Below, piece after piece: positions 40,101 to 59,019 of a stretch of 64,000 bases of DNA; position 1 is the first letter of the stretch, and each line of letters begins with the position of its first letter. The DNA comes from Zygnema circumcarinatum SAG 698-1b (lineage: Eukaryota > Plantae > Zygnematophyceae): the NCBI GenBank assembly GCA_037447605.1, contig CM074806.1, positions 744,001 through 808,000 of the forward strand, given 5' to 3'. The notes under the pieces are model-generated. The model searched no databases and was not told where the DNA came from. It saw only the letters and a program-made list of their open reading frames with translations. The position numbers and the translations under genes were made by a program.

Positions 40101-41047
40101 CTATCTCACGGAGAGAGTCCAAACAGAATAATGGAAGAACTGCAAATTGCAGCAACTCACTTTAGTGATGCGGCACTAGCAACAGTGCCTGAACCACAAC
40201 TTGGCACGAAAGTCCAGCCAAATGGAGCTATGGATGCACGAAAACGGCTTGACTTTGATCTCATTGAAACAGAATAACATGTGGAGTACGAACAGCTATC
40301 ATCACTGAAAAGTCGAATGCAGACGCAACGGACAATACAAAAGCTACGCCATAAAGGAAAAGAAACAGACCGTGCACGAGTGTGTTCCAATGTAAAAAAA
40401 AAAAATTATATATATATGACGAAATGGATGGAAATTGCTGTAAGAAACCAAACAATTTTAGCCTGCCGATGAAATTATGCAATTTATAAGGAAAAAAGAA
40501 ACGGGAAATGAGACCAAAAAACGAGGCTGAAGCAGGGTTGAAGCTCGTCACGCTCTTCAAATGTATACATATGGAAGACCCGCTCACCAAGAACAGCTCC
40601 GACGCGGTTCTGGTTCTTATCTGCCACTATTGGAAACCAGAGAACCGGGAAAATGGAGCCAATCTTCATTCCACGCGAGGGCGGATAAGCGATGTACTTT
40701 TCCTGGTCGCCATAGAGGCCTGGCGCCGCATTCGCAACCTTTGCCGAAGTCTTCCCTCCTGCGTTGGACCGCACATCAAGCAAGCAAGCAGGGCGCATCA
40801 CCATAAGCTTTCCACAGGAAGACCTCCCTCCTTGCTGCCAGCAAAAATACCTTCCAATAGCAGCGAGCGAATATTCCTGCAAGGCCACTGCCAAGATGAC
40901 CACGGCCACCATCCCATGCAACCAAACTCTTCCAACCAGCCCTCCCTCCCTCTGCTCACTCTCTCCAATCGCGGCACTACCTTTCCCCATCTCTACGTCT
41001 CCTTCTCCCGCAGGCGCCCCCCCCTCCATGAAGCCTCCCTCCGCCAT
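34174..41047 (-). CDS. Three-domain membrane protein (about 840 aa, 18 exons): DUF4395-like module, TDT/SLAC1/TehA channel domain, hemerythrin-like (HHE) domain
   Basis: All splice phases close. Exons 41047-40981, 40758-40588, 39976-39886, 39729-39633, 39428-39329 and 39094-38919 give FPIVADKNQNRVGA...GAPLQ|FAQFCGVIFS...ALQGFLDFCVACWMFGYFIKFG (DUF4395-like). Exons from 38462 to about 36010 give HMQITYFSMPMSLA, YPKKVAKEWQHP, SFFSTIP, WMMPLLGNFVAA, FLYVAAPAMAGLSW and FDMYSWGYVFPL (TehA/SLAC1). Exons from about 35890 to 34174 give LIHEALR...EHSKHEE...EEH...GHLRREE (hemerythrin-like). Confidence 0.88.
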
Positions 41048-41448
41048 GGCCTGCAGGCTGCAGCGCCCTCCTGCACCCAAAGCTCAAAGCAGCGACCAAC
41101 AAATGGGCAGCTGGAGGCTCCACCCTTCCAACTCGCGGGCGGTAGGCCGGCGTGGCCACAATACGTCGCCAAGTAAGCATCCCGTTTGAAATGGAGGTTT
41201 GTTATTGGAACACGTCATTCAATCCATGCTGACTAGGCTCCAGCTCGACCGCCTGCGCGACTCTCCGCGAAGCTGCGAGCTGACGCGCGGGTCACGACAA
41301 AAGCCAGCCTTCCGGGGACCAGTCACGAAGGCTAAACGACAAGCCGTACGTCGACCCAGCGCCGGCCAGAACTGGCCAGCTAGAAACACGACAAACCTCC
41401 CCGCCCCGGCGTCCCCGCCTCCGGCCGCCCGAGCCTCGAGAGGCGACA

Positions 41449-41460
41449 CCACACGTGTGG
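41449..41460. promoter_or_regulatory. 12-bp palindrome CCACACGTGTGG (G-box core) about 400 bp upstream of the channel gene
   Basis: Perfect palindrome read directly. Confidence 0.4.
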
Positions 41461-41742
41461 AATGATTACTGTTCGCGCGCACCCAGGGAGTGTTCGTACA
41501 GCACGGCGGGCGGGGACATTTAACTCCGCACATGCGGCCTCGGCCGCGGGGGGACTTCTTAACGACAAGCGGGCAGTCTTGTTTTGTCGTTTTCCGTGGT
41601 ATTCGCGGGTGCGGTCTCGAACGCGGTTGGGCGACACGACCGGCGAACTTTTGACCGTGCATTCATTGACTTTGGACTTCTTGACTCATAGACTCTGTGT
41701 GAGTCACAGCTGAGGTTGAAGTCCTCTCTCTCCCTCTCTCAC

Positions 41743-41952
41743 AGGAGGGAGGGAAGGGAGGGGAGAGGGAGGGGAGGGGAGGGGGAGGGGAAGGGGAAGG
41801 GGAGAGGGAGGGGAGGGGAGGGGAGGGGGAGGGGGAGGGGGAGGGGAAGGGGAGGGAGGGAGGGAAGGGAGGGGAGAGGGAGGGAGGGAGGGAGGGAGGG
41901 AGGGAGGGAGGGAGGGAGGGAGGGAGGGAGTGGGAGGGAGGGAGGGAGGGAA
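41743..41952. repeat. (GGGA)n / G-rich polypurine tract upstream of the channel gene
   Basis: Direct inspection. Confidence 0.9.
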
Positions 41953-42972
41953 GGACAACCCCCAGAAAGACACGGAGCCGCCAACACTGGTCCATCCAAG
42001 CACGAGGTAGCACAGCTACAACCTGTCACTTTCATCAGTCGAATGTGTACTGAAAAGAAAAGAAATGCGCAGTGTCGTGTCACAGTATACGGACAGTGCA
42101 CGTGGGCAATACTCCCCACGGCGACCTCTTAGTGTTTGTACGTCTCCACCCCACCCACACATTGTTGTCAGTGGCGTCTACGGCAAAAAAAGTGGGTCTG
42201 ACGAGACACAGGGAACATGCCGACATGATATTCCAAGTCAGCGGGGGCAAATTGTCAACGAAAGACTCTCGCATGGTGATGAAAATATGGAAATCAAACA
42301 CTAGCCATTCTCCCTAAGCCTCCTAAACGTCACCCATCTCGGTAGTGAAATTTTTAGTTCCATGGAACGACACCAAACATGAGGTGATAGGAGAAAGAAA
42401 AAAAAATACATAAATAGGGAGAAACATCCAACAGAGCAACTGCGTTAATACCACTATCACCTTTCTGCTCTATGCACTTTAAAAAAATTACCTCTAACCA
42501 TTGCATAGAGTAATACCTTTAGATGTAGACGGAATAAGCCAATTCAAAGACGCTACTTCTTCCTTACCCTCTGCTTTTTATTCGGACGGCGCTTCCACAA
42601 CTTTCTACTTGTAAGTATGATATGGGTTCCTCCATTCCTCCGTTTTGCTGGGAGAGCAGCAAACCTGGAGGAGCCCCACACAAAAAAAGTATCGTATTGG
42701 CCTACTATGAACATCTACTTGCTGCTCACTACCTCTACGTCTCCCTCTCCTTCTCTGCTTCCCTCTTCCAGAGTCTCCCTCTGCCCCTCTCCCTCTCCCT
42801 TCCCCCTTCCCTCTCCCTCCCCGTCTCCCTCGCTTCACCAGATTTTGATGACTACCCTGAATCCCGATAGTTATAAGCAACCCAAACCCTAAATAAATAA
42901 ATAAAAAAACCAGTTTCATCCCTGCACTACCCACCCGTCTAATTATACGGTGAAAAATCCATTTATTTTCGA

Positions 42973-50099
<7,127 letters not shown>

Positions 50100-50357
50100 G
50101 GCCTGCGCTGAGAGATGAGCGGAGGAATAGGGAGGGGGAGGGAGAGAGGGAGAGTGAGGGAGAGAGAGAGGGAGGGAGAGAGGGAGAGAGCGGGAGAGAG
50201 AGAGGGAGAGAGAGGAGAGAGAGAGGGAGAGAAATAGAGAGCTAGAGCGATAGGGAGAGAGAGGGAGAGACGGAGAGCGCGAGAGAGGGAGAGAGGGAGA
50301 GAGAGGACAGTTGCATCGGCGGAGGATTGGACTGAAGAGCGCGCGGATTTGCGAGGC

Positions 50358-50728
50358 GCCACGTGGCGGACAGAGGGCGCGCCTGCGGGCGGGGCCAGCT
50401 CGCGTGGGCCAGTCGGAGCCGTCCGATGGGAAGCCATGGATTGACGGAGAGCCGTCCGATGGGGGGCGGGTGGGAGGCGGAGAACCACAGGTCACGGGGG
50501 ACGTGGCCGCGCGCCAGATCCACCGACAAGCATCTCGTCCAACACGTGCCGAAATGCCATTGGTCGAGACACCGGAGGTTGATTTGATGGGCGCGGAAGT
50601 GGATCTCTGAGATTGGGTGCGCGCCGTCGATTCTGCACAGTGGACATTCCGATCTTTGGTTTGTCGTATGCAGACGTGGCAGGCGATGGAGGACATGCAC
50701 ATGCAGCCAGATTGGTGGGCCACGTGGC
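50358..50728. promoter_or_regulatory. Phototropin upstream region with five ACGT-core (G-box/ABRE-like) elements
   Basis: GCCACGTGGC 50358-50367 and 50719-50728, GACGTGGC 50500-50507 and 50673-50680, CACGTG 50543-50548. Confidence 0.55.
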
Positions 50729-52679
50729 ATCCACGGCGAGCTGGAATTCGATTGTGGACAAAAGACCGACCAATAAGAGCTGTCCGTTACACGAGCAACG
50801 TGTGACCGCCCAGTGGCTGGGCGAACGGACAGCGCATAGGCGGCGAAACGGGACAAGGACTTGTACGATACATGGAACGCCGTATCCGGTGCGGGAGGAC
50901 GCTGGCTTACCAAGACCAAGCAACCATTGGATTCGATGGCCAACCATTGGCAATGGGGGGCACTCAGACAAGGGTTGAAAGTGAATTGTTACCAAGCGGT
51001 AATCTTTTGATCGGGTGAATATGACCATTTTTGGTAATAGTTCCAATCATTGGCAATGTTTGCCAGGCATTGGATGTATCCAATGGTTGGCGCAATTACC
51101 AGTGTTTTTGAACCATCGGATCCGCCATGATTTGACGTTACCAACCGCTGGCAAGCACTGGTTGGTTGCCATCCGATGGTCCGACCTGTGCGCATAAAAA
51201 TGTTGAGTCAAATTTGTAATACGCTCGCTGCTTGTGAGTCCACTTTTGCTTTTGAAAACCTTTTTTTTGAGTTGGCCCAATCGCCCTTTTTTTGAGCGGC
51301 CCTCTGCTGGTTTTGGAGATTTCTTCTGTTTTGGTTTCTGCCCGAGGCAGTTGTGCACTCCTCTACCTGTTCCGGAGTTGCTCCGACGTGTCAGTAATTG
51401 CACGGAGCCACTTGAGCAGTGTCTATTTGCATTATGAGGGGGAATTTAGTACGCTCCGGGCTGTGTCTGACGCCCACCTATTGCAGATGTGTTTTCTCCG
51501 ACCCGTCGCCTCATTTTAGAATTCGCTCTTGCCGATCGTGCGGCCATGAAGAACTGCTCGGGGATGTAGAGCAGCAGCTCTCAAGGGGCGCCTGCAACTC
51601 CTGTAGAGGCAGATAAGGCCATGAGAGGCGCTCCATTTAAGAAGCGAAAGCGTTAATCTTGTCACATACCTTCGACTTAGTTTTGAGCGGAGCATGCTGT
51701 CCAACCAAATGCTTCTCTATTGGCTCTCTATCGAATTGAAAGGGTGTTCGCTTCCCCTCTTGGTCGCCCCACTCAATGCTCCAATTCTGAAACTTCATTC
51801 TCCTTCCTCTGTGGGTTGGACTCTCAGACTGCAGCTTGGTTGCCTCACATCTTAAGCTTTCTTGCGGCTCAATCAGCAAGGAACTCTGGCTTCCAATTGC
51901 CTCCAAACCCTAAACGCACTCATCAACACTACTCAAAAGACAAAACCTAGCGACCAGCCGAAGTCCAGCTGCCATATACAGTAAAGAGCATTCAAACCCT
52001 AACTGCCACATAAGAAGATGGTCTCTGAATCCACCAAATACTCAAATCTAGCACCTCGTCTGTAGGTTTGATTGCCTCTCACAATCTGTACAAAGTATAT
52101 GCTGAATCCCGTCAAGAAGAGAGGGCGTCACCTGTCAAATCGATGTGTCAATCCTTACCTCACTACTTGAGCAAACTTTGAACCTAAGGCAACTGAAAAG
52201 GCAAAGTTTAGCTGGTGAATTTATATCCTCACTAGTAGGAAAGAAAAGGCAACTTTCCACAGCCTCAGGAAAGCTAGGATTAAGGGCGGAGATTGATCCT
52301 ACGGTTTTCTTTTTCTCCAAATACATCAGAAGAAAGGGGTGAGCATTGCAAATACGAGAAAGCCTGACTGCTTATTAGATGGCTTCTTGATGATGGTCCT
52401 ATCGTTGAAAGCACAATCGTTTCTTCCCCAAAGGAGAGGCGTGACATGCTATTATTATTCCTACGTTGCTCTGTCGCCCATCTGCGCACAGCCCATCACC
52501 CTTGCACCTTCTGAATGCATCATAAGATAAGGAGCAAAGACCAGGTCGCACTTCGTGGTCTGCTGTAAATCCAATAAAAAGTTCTAGCGTTCTAGTTCTA
52601 GTAAAAAATATATGTCCATATGCAATGAGAATGCATAAGGGAGGTCGGGTGGGGAGGGTGGGGGTTGGCTAGCTAGCTA

Positions 52680-53215
52680 GCTCCCTCCCTCCCTCCCTCC
52701 CTCCCTTCCCCCACTCCCTCCCCCTCCCCCTCCCCCTCCCCTTCTCCTTCCCCTTCCCCTCCCTCCTCCCCTTCCCCTCCCTCCTCCCCCTCCCCTTCCC
52801 CTCCCTCCTCCCTCCCTTCCCCCACTCCCTCCCCCTCCCCCTCCCCCTCCCCCTCCCCCTCCCCCTCCCCCTTCCCCTCCCCCTCCCCCCTCTCCCTTCC
52901 CCTCCCCCTCCCCCTCCCCCTCCCCCTCCCCCTCCCCTCCCCCTCACCTCCCCCTCCCACTTCCCCTCCCTCCTCCCCCTCCCCCTCCCCCTCCCCCTCC
53001 CCCTCCCCCTCCCCCTCCCCTCCCCCTCCCCCTTCCCCTCCCCCTCCCCCTCCCCCTTCCCCTCCCCCTCCCCCTCCCCCTCCCCCTCCCCTCCCCCTCC
53101 CCTCCCTCCCCCTTCCCCCTCCCTCCTCCTCACCTCCTCCTCACCTTCTCCCTCCCCATCCCCCTTTCCCCCTCCCCCTTTCACCCTCCCCTTTACCCTT
53201 CCTTTCCCCTCCCCC
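52680..53215. repeat. (CCCCCT/CCCT)n polypyrimidine tract upstream of GBP
   Basis: Direct inspection. Confidence 0.9.
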
Positions 53216-54494
53216 TCGCCACGGCCTTTGTTCCGTCGGCGCGCGACCCCGCCACGTGGCGGACCTGTCACGCGCGCCCCTCGGGGGAGGGAGTGCGCGG
53301 GCCGCGGCCTCGGCCGTACGGGCCACGCGGCGCCGCCAGGAGGGCGGGCCGAATCCCCCTCATCCGCCGCCGGCCAATGGGCGCCTCGCGCGCCGCTCTC
53401 GCTGCTGCCGCCTCCCGAGGGGAGGAAGGGAGGGAGGGAGAGGAGTGGAGAGGGAGGGAGAGGAGTGGAGAGGGAGGGAGGGAGGGAGGGAGGGAGGGAG
53501 GGAGGGAGGGAGAGGAGTGGAGAGGGAGGGAGGCAGGGAGGACCAAAAAGAGAGGAGAGAGACCAAAAGGACGGAAGGGGATTGGGCTTGATCTTGTCAG
53601 CAGGAAAAGAGCTTTTGGCAGGAGAGAGAGGAGGAAGGCAGAGGAGATTGAAAGGGAGAGAGAGAGACAGACGCAGGCATTTGGCGAAGCAGAGGAGTGT
53701 CGATGGCTCTCGTGAGAGCTCCCATGGTCACTCTGCAGACAGGAGTTCTTGCAGAAAGCAGCAGTGCCAGAGAGCAGGCGAACCCTAGCGGAGCTGTGAA
53801 GCTCTTTGGAGGCAGATCAGGGTTTGCAAGCAACGGCGATGATAGGTTTAGCGCTTTCCATGCAGCTGTGGAGTTGAGACAGGTTTGTCAGTCCTAACTA
53901 TGTCCCTGGAATAGTAGGTCAGTATGAAGGTTATGCGGCTTGTTTCCGCACTTGAATCAATTTAATGGCTGAGGACTTCACATTTTGATGTTAATGAAAA
54001 ACAAGCAATGCGTGCTCAGCATCATTTGCCATCATAATATGTATTCTCTTGCGGGTGATGTTCTTGTTTACTCTTTGAAGCTCTTGCTCTTACTCTCCTT
54101 GTGATTACAGCCTGCCTCTTTCAGACATGCAAAGGTGCGAAAATGTTCCGCAGTTAGAGCCACAGTAGCAACGTTACCTGCAGAGGCTGCGGAAGGTTCG
54201 AGAGAGAGCAAAGTTCAGCCAGAGGGTATGTTGCTTGCGCTATTCGGATTGGTTGCTTATGGAGTCAAATTGAAAACATTTAATTTGCAAGTTGTGCTCC
54301 TACGATTGCAAAAATGTAAATGAGTTGTGTTTGACTTCTCTAGGCTTCACAGCTGGCACAAGCACCTTCTCCTAATGCAGCAGATTATTTTGTTGCGGTG
54401 TACTCTTGTGTTGGATATACTCGTCGGTTGTAGGTTTTGATACTGACAATACCAAGCCCTGCAGTTCTGCCTGAAGTTATTGACTATACTGACT
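53120..54494 (+). repeat. First copy of an apparently identical direct duplication of about 1.37 kb (promoter plus first two GBP exons), ending at the 10-N gap 54495-54504
   Basis: 53120-54494 recurs at about 54543-55917 (offset 1423; GCCACGTGGC at 53251 and 54674). The ORF translations from the two copies are identical. Confidence 0.9.
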
Positions 54495-55125
54495 NNNNNN
54501 NNNNTCCTCCCCTTCCTCCTCCGCCTCTCCTCCGCCTCCCCTCCCCTCCTCCTCACCTCCTCCTCACCTTCTCCCTCCCCATCCCCCTTTCCCCCTCCCC
54601 CTTTCACCCTCCCCTTTACCCTTCCTTTCCCCTCCCCCTCGCCACGGCCTTTGTTCCGTCGGCGCGCGACCCCGCCACGTGGCGGACCTGTCACGCGCGC
54701 CCCTCGGGGGAGGGAGTGCGCGGGCCGCGGCCTCGGCCGTACGGGCCACGCGGCGCCGCCAGGAGGGCGGGCCGAATCCCCCTCATCCGCCGCCGGCCAA
54801 TGGGCGCCTCGCGCGCCGCTCTCGCTGCTGCCGCCTCCCGAGGGGAGGAAGGGAGGGAGGGAGAGGAGTGGAGAGGGAGGGAGAGGAGTGGAGAGGGAGG
54901 GAGGGAGGGAGGGAGGGAGGGAGGGAGGGAGGGAGAGGAGTGGAGAGGGAGGGAGGCAGGGAGGACCAAAAAGAGAGGAGAGAGACCAAAAGGACGGAAG
55001 GGGATTGGGCTTGATCTTGTCAGCAGGAAAAGAGCTTTTGGCAGGAGAGAGAGGAGGAAGGCAGAGGAGATTGAAAGGGAGAGAGAGAGACAGACGCAGG
55101 CATTTGGCGAAGCAGAGGAGTGTCG

Positions 55126-58100
55126 ATGGCTCTCGTGAGAGCTCCCATGGTCACTCTGCAGACAGGAGTTCTTGCAGAAAGCAGCAGTGCCAGAGAGCAG
55201 GCGAACCCTAGCGGAGCTGTGAAGCTCTTTGGAGGCAGATCAGGGTTTGCAAGCAACGGCGATGATAGGTTTAGCGCTTTCCATGCAGCTGTGGAGTTGA
55301 GACAGGTTTGTCAGTCCTAACTATGTCCCTGGAATAGTAGGTCAGTATGAAGGTTATGCGGCTTGTTTCCGCACTTGAATCAATTTAATGGCTGAGGACT
55401 TCACATTTTGATGTTAATGAAAAACAAGCAATGCGTGCTCAGCATCATTTGCCATCATAATATGTATTCTCTTGCGGGTGATGTTCTTGTTTACTCTTTG
55501 AAGCTCTTGCTCTTACTCTCCTTGTGATTACAGCCTGCCTCTTTCAGACATGCAAAGGTGCGAAAATGTTCCGCAGTTAGAGCCACAGTAGCAACGTTAC
55601 CTGCAGAGGCTGCGGAAGGTTCGAGAGAGAGCAAAGTTCAGCCAGAGGGTATGTTGCTTGCGCTATTCGGATTGGTTGCTTATGGAGTCAAATTGAAAAC
55701 ATTTAATTTGCAAGTTGTGCTCCTACGATTGCAAAAATGTAAATGAGTTGTGTTTGACTTCTCTAGGCTTCACAGCTGGCACAAGCACCTTCTCCTAATG
55801 CAGCAGATTATTTTGTTGCGGTGTACTCTTGTGTTGGATATACTCGTCGGTTGTAGGTTTTGATACTGACAATACCAAGCCCTGCAGTTCTGCCTGAAGT
55901 TATTGACTATACTGACTATCGCCTTTGCATGGCTTAGCACATTGCTTGCTATAAGAAATGCGTGTGATGAAAAACTGAAAGTGAAGTGGCCGAGTGTTGA
56001 GTTGTTCTGTTAGCACAGAGCTGTTCCATGAAAGTGCGTGCTTTTGGACCGTGCCACGCATTTCTGTGAGCCTTGTCTGTGTTTATCAAATGTGTGCAGG
56101 TCCTCGAACTGGGCGGCCGTCGCCAGCAGACCTTGCCCGCACTTTGATGGAAGTCCGAGGAGAGGGCACACTTGCGACTACAGATGCAAAAGGGTGGCCT
56201 CTCGCCACTTTAGTGCAATTTGCACTTGACACTGAGGGCAGGCCTGTGCTAAGATTGGACCCTGGAGCAGTGCACACTGTGCACTTAGAGAGGGATAGCC
56301 GATGTAGTCTGCACGTGCAGGTAAGACTCAGGTGCTTGAATTGCTGGATATGTCTGCCATTTTCTTTATTCTTGAGAAACTTGCAATTACACCAGATACG
56401 CACTATCACCGTGAAAACAGTCTTTATGTTTTCCCGGCAATTATTCTTGAAGCTATCGCTGCCGAAATTCCAAACTGCTTAGAGAAAAATTGCTGCTTAT
56501 TATTATATGGATGGGGGGCTCTGATTGCCAGTTGGAACTTCCAGGCAAACAAAAACCTCAGTGTACTGTTACTGGTCGCGTTTGTCTTCCCAGTGATAGC
56601 TTGGAAAAGCTGGTGAGTGGGTTTTACGAGACACTCCTCCTGACATTCGTGCACTTAGGGGCCTTGTGAGTCCAAAAACGGATTCTTGACTCACAAGCTC
56701 CAGGAGCGCTAGTCAAGGAAGATTTTTTTACGAAAGTTTTATTTCAAAAAGGGAAGGAGGCGAAGACTCAGGGCATTAAATAAGCATGGAAGACACGAGC
56801 CATTGGCGTACATTAAGAACTATACAGCACACCTTTACAAGGTATCAATAGGACCAAGGTGTGCTGAGCCACCATCATTGGAAGGAAAAAGGGAAATCAC
56901 TGAGATGTAGTTGACATGGAGTTAGTCCAGTCTCGTCCTTTGTAGGCAAGCAAGAAAATCGATGAGCAATCTATTGTGTACTACCAAGAGAAGTGCTCTT
57001 AAGCTCTGCTAAGTTCCTTGCGATTCTGCGTCATATTTCTGCCGAAACCATTCAAGAAGGTCGTGATGTAGGATAGCCAGAGGGTTGTATGCATTCCAGC
57101 ACCAAAAACGTTACCCTGAACGCACGTGCACTCTGAAGTGGGATGCGACTATTTATAGGGGCCGTTCTTCAATGTGTTCTAAGTGTCCTTGGCATGCACA
57201 GATTAAGTACATTGTGAAACAAGTGGATTTGTTTTAAGGATGTTACAACATTGTTTGAACCTTGTCGTTGTTGCTTTTCCTTCAACAGAAGCTTGAGACT
57301 GCATGGCAAAGGCGGTATGGCAAGGATATGGTGATTGAAGAGGCCGAACATTCCCTGTGCTGGATAGAAGTGGAGAAGGTTCTGAGCTGCCAGGATGTGG
57401 GAGAGGTATGTAGATGCCCACTTGTTTGGCTAAAATGATTGAGCCATCTGTTCTATTTCCCGATGGATGAACCGCATCTGCCATGAGATGTTTCCAGGGT
57501 CAGCTTGCGTTTTCGGCATTATAGGCTTTGGCGGCATGATAAGAACTGAAAATTTATGGAAACTACACGTATGGCGACGTTTGAAGAATTTAGAGTATCT
57601 GGGGTAAGAAGTAGTTCACCAAAGGTGCATTTGCAAAACTACGACAGCATACCAGTTCTCATCAGCTTTGGTGAAAAGTGTAAAGAAGATGAAGTAAGTG
57701 AAACCTGAGCTGTTAGATAGTAAATTTCTACAGTTTTTGAGTTGTGAAGCTAGCATCGTCAAAGATGATATTTTCAGGAGATCGGTGACGAAAATGTGTA
57801 GATTGGAGGGGCATGTTTAAATGTATGGTGTAGTTTGAATGTATTAGTGTATAGTACAACTTGATCCAGACTATGTCGCGAATCTGAATCTTCTCCTTTT
57901 TCACAGTCTGATGAAACTGAGGTACCCATCCCTCGCTGTTGGCTAAACCCGGCAAAAACAAGTCATTCTTGTCTTAGTGAACGCAGAAGCGCGGTCTTTG
58001 CAGAGGGGTTTTCTCTTTGGTCTTTAGGGTTTTTTATGGACTTAGGTTTTTTAGGGAACGTTGTAACCAGTTCCTTTCCATTTCGTGGCTTTTATATTTC

Positions 58101-59019
58101 CTCATATAAAGCTTGAACTCGAAGGATTAGACAACGGAGGCACTGTCTAGGTTATGCTCTGATTTTGGTGGTTTGACAGAAAGGAACCGCGTGCATGCAT
58201 TTTCTCTGACTGGAGAGTCGCATGAGTATGTGTATTTTGTTTCTTGAATGAAGTTTACTACTTAGGCTTTACTCCTCAGAGGGTCCAGGTGCTTATGGCT
58301 TATTGCACCTGTTCCCTGTGTGTTTGCAGGAGGAAGTGTGGGTAGTCGCGAATGACTACGCAAATGCTGAGGCAGACCCTCTAAGAGATTGTGCTGGAAA
58401 GATAGTAGAGGACATGAATCGAGAGCACTGGGAAGACATCCGACGGTTCTGCTATTCTTATGCGGGGGTGGATGAGGAGGTGAGATTCTTGGCTTTTATG
58501 AGCAACTGGATTTATCCCATGTAGCTCGACGCTAACGAGCTCCGCGAACGCCGTGACAGGAACCCTACCTGTTCATGTTCTTGTTAAAAGGAAAAAGAGA
58601 TAGTGAGTTGACAGCCTTAGATACGTACATTGCTATCGATATCGAGGATGTCCTCGTCCGGTTAACAAAGTTCGGCCACATCATTGAGCCCCCCATATAT
58701 CAGGTACTTTTCTCCATGTTGTGTTAACTGACTTTTCACATCACCCCAAGTCCCCTATCAATCCCTGTTTCTCCCCCTTGTTCTTTTGCAGATTGAGGAA
58801 GCGAGCATGACTTGGGTGGACCGTCTGGGCTTTGACCTCCGCGTCTTGATGCGTTCCCCTCAGCAGATTCGAGAAATCCGCGTTCCATTCCCGCGAGAAG
58901 TGAAGGATGACAGGGATGCACGATCCTCCATCATCATGATGGCCCAGGTGGCGTGGGAGCACGAGCGCCACTACATCCCGCCCGACATCCCTCTCTTGGG
59001 AGCATCAACGGTTCTCTGA
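55126..59019 (+). CDS. GBP: Glutamyl-tRNA reductase-binding protein (GBP/PGR7), plastid-targeted
   Basis: Exons: MALVRAP...ELRQ|PASFRHAK...QPE G|PRTGRPSPADLARTLMEVRGEGTLATTDAKGWPL...RCSLHVQ|LELPGKQKPQCTVTG|KLETAWQRRYG...VEKVL|EEVWVVANDYANAEADPLRD...|MTWVDRLGFDLRV...IRVPFPREV...MAQVAWEHER. Confidence 0.92.

Noticed and set aside
50100-51400. Possible neochrome (phytochrome-phototropin chimera)
   Set aside because: The phototropin starts about 30 aa before LOV1, and no PAS-GAF-PHY exons are recognisable upstream.
51419-51616. 65-aa ORF with two CxxC pairs
   Set aside because: Short, with no exon context or recognisable family; consistent with chance.
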